From contig OZ024743.1 in the NCBI GenBank assembly GCA_964016885.1, forward strand, positions 197,904,001-197,968,000: a stretch of DNA of 64,000 nt, written 5' to 3'. The notes beneath the pieces were generated by a model. The model saw only the letters and a list, made by a program, of their open reading frames with translations, had not been told where the DNA came from and did not search any database. This document shows positions 57,640-64,000 of the stretch, piece by piece. The stretch is from Eledone cirrhosa. Lineage: Eukaryota. Position 1 is the first letter of the stretch. Each line of letters starts with the position of its first letter. The position numbers and the translations under genes are program-made.

Positions 57640-58570
57640 CAACGCCTACTCCCACTTTGCTGAAAGTTCCTCTGTACATGGCTGTACTACTGTCACCAGC
57701 CATTCTTCTACACCTAATTTCCTTAAGACCACCAGATAATAGATCGAAGTACTCTGAAAAAGGATGTTTCTGGATAAATTAAAGGTGGGTGTAGAAGCTT
57801 ATTTTCGACTAGGAACTTCTCTTGTAGTTGCCTCACTAAAACGAGGACTTCCTTAGTAGATTTCGCACGAAACCAAATTGCAGCTTATCTAATTTGACTC
57901 TTTCTCTAATTTGTTACACTATAACGCTTTCTGTCACTTTCATAAATTGGTCCATTAGTTTTATTCCTATAAAGTTGTTCCTTTCAAGAGCATCGCCTTT
58001 TTCTTTGTAGCAATTTATGATTGTACTGCTGCGCCACTCATTGGGTTTGACACCGTCCTGTATTATCTAATTGACTATGCAAGTTACTAGTCTGACTTCT
58101 ACTTCTCCCTATGCTTTTAGTATATCAGCAACTATTTCTGATGCTGCAGCAGCTTTACCAGTTATCATCTCTTTGGTTGCGTCTATAACCCTATAACTGT
58201 CAACTTCAATGGCTGTTCCTTCTGTTGGGTAGGTTAGGGGTAGTTTCTCTACCACCAATTTATTTTTTACATTCAGTCTCCCATGGTCGTATTTCCAGGT
58301 CTCTTTCTCTTGCGTATCAGTGGTACTAAATGCACCGGTGTCATTTCTAATACACTTTTCCCCAACAACATCATTATTCACACAGATACACCGCCTGGCA
58401 ATGAGGAAAATTTGCCACTCTGATCTTCACGTCTTAGGACGTTGGCAAAGTTTCTTACTTCAGCCTCACTCCGAGCTGTGTATACCTGTTGTTTAGCGTC
58501 TCTCTTACCTACATGTAGCCAGTTTCTGCTGCCCCCACTTTTCCAATCTTTCCATGCCTGCCTCAACCAC
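57640..58570 (-). mobile_element. Degenerate RTE-like LINE fragment (RT N-terminal part)
   Basis: KEMITGKAAAASEIVADILKA; PNEWRSSTIINCYKEKGDAL; LVRQLQEKF-like motifs. Confidence 0.7.
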
Positions 58571-58660
58571 CAAATCAATCTCTATTTGACTGGTACTCTA
58601 CTTCGTCTTGTCAGTAGTTTGCAAAAATGGTGTGACGCCAAAATTTCCAGTTGTCTTCTG

Positions 58661-58716
<56 letters not shown>

Positions 58717-59045
58717 CCTCCCTCTCTCTCTCCACCTCTCTCTCTATCTTTATCCCCCTCTCTCTCTCTCTCTTTCTCTTTCTCTCGCTCTCTCTCTCCC
58801 TCTCTCTTCCCCTTCTCTCTTCCCCCTCTCTCTTCCCCCTCTCTCTTCCCCCTCTCTCTCACACACACATATATATATATAAACATGTATATATATATAT
58901 ATATATATATATATTTACATAAACATATATAAACCTATAGTTTTATATATATATGCATATATATATATATTAAATATGTATGTATATATATATATATACA
59001 TATATACATGTATATATATATATATATATATACATATATATACAT

Positions 59046-59106
<61 letters not shown>

Positions 59107-59261
59107 TATATATATGTGTACATATATACATACATACATATTGTGCTTGTGTATGTGTGTGAATAAGCATCTAACCAACGGGGATGTCAAACGATGACAC
59201 CATAAAAGGGTAGTAAGTGCAAGAGAGATACAGATGCTAAAGAAATTATATAGATATACAT

Positions 59262-59318
<57 letters not shown>

Positions 59319-59414
59319 ATAGACAGACCCCACAAGGAGAGTCAAGCTGCACTGTCTTCACTATAAAAACAAACATAACAAAGCGTAAAATACAAAACAC
59401 GCGCGACATAAACA

Positions 59415-59497
<83 letters not shown>

Positions 59498-60259
59498 GCG
59501 TACACACACATACACACACACAGACACTCACTTGCGTGCGTGCACACGCACCACACACAAAAACGAAAAAGTGCATAAAATAATCGAATGAATCAACATT
59601 AATCATATTGCTATTATATAACATTTACATTTGCCATGAGAGATCTACACAGAAATATTTATCTTATTTTATTCTATATTGTTTTTCACTTCAAGTCAGC
59701 AATATGACGGTTGCGTCTATTTGACACGTTAGTTACAGTATTCTCAAAATAACAAATTATACATTTAGATTATGACTCAATACTTATTAGTTTTGGCGCC
59801 CTCTCCGTTTCAGTTAATATTAGGCACTAAATTTAGGAAAACGAACGTAGCAAATGTAATATCTGCCCAGTCTTTGAAGCTACAAAGCGATCTTATTATT
59901 TTGACACTTGCAATGAGTTTGTCTTGGTCATTGTTCAAAGAAAGCCCCTTTCTCCTGCAAGGCCAGCTCTCAATTTAATTAACGCATATCTAAATTCGTA
60001 CTGCCAGTTGCTGCAGAAACAGCTATTACAGAAATTTGTTTCGTATTCCATCATTTTCACACTGCTCTGTCTCTTCTCTACTTCTCTCTATATTCCTTTA
60101 TTTCTCTACTCACTCTTTCTCTCACAAGTATTCTAACCATTTCTCTTACATTTCTCTTCTATTCGTTGCCTTTCTTATACTCTCACCTGGATATATATTA
60201 ATATATATATATTGTGATTTAAGATAAACTCACACACGCACATACACTCACACATTATA

Positions 60260-60342
<83 letters not shown>

Positions 60343-60347
60343 GTGTA

Positions 60348-60464
<117 letters not shown>

Positions 60465-60723
60465 ATTTTACCAGATATTAAGACGAATATTAAGCAGAGT
60501 ACTCCATATTTGGGACAATAGAATGTAAATATATTAAAGAGTCGAGACCCGACAGCTGAGCTGTTGCCATTTCGACTGCAAAATCGAGACTAGGAATAAA
60601 TCTTCATCCACGAATCGGTACGCCAATCACTTTAGGCAGCAACTTTTAATCCTTATCTGGAATTTGTTCTCGAAATGACAAGAGCTTAGCCCTCAGGCCT
60701 CGACTCCTATATACATACATACA

Positions 60724-61270
60724 TGATGACTGCCTCCTCGTTATCGAGTATGGCCATTGCATGATATACCATTATTAATAATTATTAATTAATTCTATCG
60801 TGCAATGCCTGTTCGTGAAGATATTTTTTAAAGTGACGAAAGACTGTGCACTGAGCCAATCCCACTCTCTGAGCGACAGTAGCTATAACCCGAAAAGAAG
60901 AAAAGATCAACATCATCGGTAACTACTGAGCTGCAGGTTTTATATCGGAGTTATCCTGGTTTCCTGAGTTGCCTTCTCCTAGAAAATTGCCCTGACAAAG
61001 TCTAGGGGTTCTTCACTCCCAGTGGTTTAACCACGCGGTACATGTGTATATACATATTTACACACTTTCGGATGGCCGTTGACACTTATGAGTTCTTCCC
61101 CCACCCCCCTTTGTCAGGTTTTGTGTTTTGTCCTGCAGGGTGTCAAAAATCACCCTCCTCACCAAGTAAACTTGGTGGGGTTGCCGGTTTAGTCGCCGAC
61201 GACCCGACCATGCGACATGTTGTACTGGGTTACATGTTACCAGTAGCACTCAAGAGTGACACGGCATAAC
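60724..61270 (-). mobile_element. Probable non-coding RTE-associated short retroelement between (TACA)n tracts
   Basis: GC-richer non-coding block with terminal stem ctcg-ttat-cgag, flanked by acatacatacat on both sides. Confidence 0.35.
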
Positions 61271-61320
61271 ATACATACATACATATATACATACATACAT
61301 ATATACATACATACATACAT

Positions 61321-62905
61321 TGGATGATAGAGGCCCTCCAACTTGCTAAAGTCCCAGACATTATTGTCAGAGCCATAGAGAGGCTGTCTTCTTCTTGGGC
61401 TACTATCCTTAGGTTAAAGACAGAGTGGGAGGACTCTATTTTCAATGATAAAATAAAATATCGCAGGGGTATATTTCAGGGAGACAGTCTCTCCGTGATA
61501 TTATTCATCCTGTTATTAAATCCCTTGTCTTTTCTGCTCAAGATATGTGAAGGATACATCATTGGCTCACAGGAGGACAGAAATACGAACCTAACCAATA
61601 ATTTCTTTGTGGATAATCTGAAACTCTATACCAAGAACATGAATGGGATGAAGAAAAATCCTGACCTTGTTACAACGTTCTCAAACGATATAGGAATGGA
61701 GTTTGGTCAAGATAAATGCTCGTATATTACTGTAAAGCGGGAAAAAAGAACAACACAATCTAGCAACATTGTCATCAATGGCCTAACTGTTTCACGGATA
61801 TCTGATGAGGACTGCTACAGATACCTGGGGATAGATGAGAACTTCATATCCTATAATGATATCTGTAATAAGGAACGCGTAACCAGGGAATATTACACCC
61901 GATTAAGAAATATTTGGTCATTTGGTGCCTGTTCTAACACCAACGTTTGGAATACTCAATTGGGCGATAGAGGAAATCCGAGCAGTTGATGTTGGAACTC
62001 GAAAAATACTGAACAACACAGGAAACTTCCACATCAACAGTGACATAGACCGCCTTTACTTGAAACGTAAGCAGGGAGGCAGATGCCTAACATCAGTCCA
62101 GACAAAATTTGAATGTCGCATCATATCCCTCCGACAACATCTACGAACCTCGAAACAGATAAGATCATGAGAGTTGGGAAGGAACTCCTCAAGAGATATT
62201 CCCTGTGTGATAATCAAAAACTCACACCCAGGTAAGTCGCTCAGCAGTACCGCAGTGAAACCATGGATGAAAAACTGCATGCTTATCAGCAAAAAATCAT
62301 GCATGGATATGTTGCCAGTTATGATAACACCTAGTTGTGATAACAAGTGCAGACTGTGCAGAACTAACATCGAAGATGTCACCCATGTCATCATCAGCTG
62401 TCCAAAGATGTCATTGCGGTACTATCTACCTATGAGGCATGATGTAGTGACCAAAACACTGTACAATGCAATGCGTAGAAAAGATAGCCCCGATAATAAA
62501 CACATTAAAAGCTACAGCAATGTGGAACACATCCATGTACATAATATGAAAGAGTACTGGTGGAATGTTCCAGTAAAAACCCCAATAAAATGCAGGCATA
62601 ACAGACTAGATATTATGATATGGGACAGGGAGGAGAAAGCATGCGCAGTGGTGGAAATTAGCTACCCATCAGATGCCAATATAATATCAAAGATTAGCGA
62701 AAAGGAGAATATTTATGCAGAACTGATGAGAAATCTGCAGATACTCCACCCTGATTACACCTTCAGATTTATGCCTGTGATTATTGGGGCACTGGGGTAT
62801 GTTAGTAACTGCCTCAATACAAATCTTGAGAAGCTAGGCTTCACAGGAATAGAAAGAACACAACTAGTTAGGAAATAACAAGTACAATCCATTAATGGAA
62901 CAGTA
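61321..62905 (+). mobile_element. R4/Dong-like (REL endonuclease) non-LTR retrotransposon, 5'-truncated and frameshifted
   Basis: RRGIFQGDSLS, FFVDNLKLY, YRYLGI, RLYLKRKQGGR, CRLC..EDVTHVIISC, RHD, RLDIMIWD..VVEIS. Confidence 0.88.
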
Positions 62906-63232
62906 AAAATAAACAAATAAATATATAAATAAGCAGACTAAATAAAGATGGCGTAGGCATACAATAGAACGGGAGGAAACATAATAGCACCACTGACGAT
63001 GTTGCAGATGTGCAACGAAAGAACTTTGTTAGACAATATATATATGTGTGTGTCTATATTGTATCTGTAATTTTGACCGTTGGTCAGTCAATGGTAAAAT
63101 TGAGGACCAAATAAATTAAATTAACCGATATAAAAGATACAGAAGCGAAAACCAACCAAACAGTGAGTGTGTTCTGTTATTAATTCTGGCAATATTATTA
63201 CACAAATATGACCCTCCCCAAGTATAACAATA
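62905..63232 (+). mobile_element. Penelope-type 3' end with HHR-like motif at 62989-63030
   Basis: acca CTGACGA tgttgca-gatg-tgcaac GAAA gaac TT tgtt; ends ccctccccaagtataacaa-(TA)n. Confidence 0.7.
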
Positions 63233-63241
63233 TATATATAT

Positions 63242-63348
<107 letters not shown>

Positions 63349-63788
63349 GTTGAGTATTGCCCTGGCACGTGCAACCTTATGGTAATTCTCAGTGAATCAG
63401 GGTGATAGGGTGTGTGAGAAGACTGAGCCATCTGCCATACTTACAAACGTTTTCCATTTGCCCATGTTTACTTATAAGTGTTGGCTTGACATGATGCTAT
63501 TGTTAGAGTAATCTACCCATCATGTCGTACAGTAGAATCGAACCTACAATCTCTTGATCGTGAAGCGAGAATGTTAACTGAAGTATAAGTACATACGTAC
63601 ATATCTACATACATATAAAGATACATATATACATGCATTCATACTTTCATACAAGCAGATGTACACACATGCACACATCTATGTTTGCGTGTGTAAATTT
63701 ATGTCTATATATATCTATCTGTATATATTTAAATATATATATGCATATATATATAGATACATATATATATATATATATATATATGCAA

Positions 63789-63869
<81 letters not shown>

Positions 63870-64000
63870 GCATATATATATATATATATATATGTATCTA
63901 TATATATATATATATATATATAATCAAAAGAGGCAAAAAGCTGTGATGTGAACGTCAAAATATGTTAGTGATGATGACAATAGCACGTGAGAGAATGTTA

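Noticed and set aside
60724-60765. HDV-like ribozyme (ctcctcg loop motif)
   Set aside because: Could not build P1, P2 and P3 pairings

Overview
Eukaryotic, AT-rich, microsatellite-saturated non-coding DNA. The SINE families and (TA)n/(CA)n density suggest an octopod cephalopod, which is an inference. No intact host gene is visible, and most ORF-track entries are microsatellite artefacts. The window holds many transposon remnants: a near-complete Penelope-like element (RT + GIY-YIG, Naiad-type), a Helitron, a Tc1 element, R4/Dong-, RTE- and CRE-type LINE fragments, mariner/hAT MITEs and many tRNA-SINEs. The main hidden signal is about 25 type-I hammerhead ribozyme (HHR) motifs, folded by eye, in about nine sequence-distinct families, nearly all wedged between (TA)n tracts. 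They include a ~0.5 kb tandem/inverted retrozyme-like array with 7 HHR copies (48965-52420) and non-canonical cores (U3-A8, A4, G9, long stem II). An inverted 5' segment of the Penelope element begins at the predicted ribozyme cleavage site. A decayed ABCA-like pseudogene candidate lies at ~17.4-18.5 kb. No activity or database match was tested.
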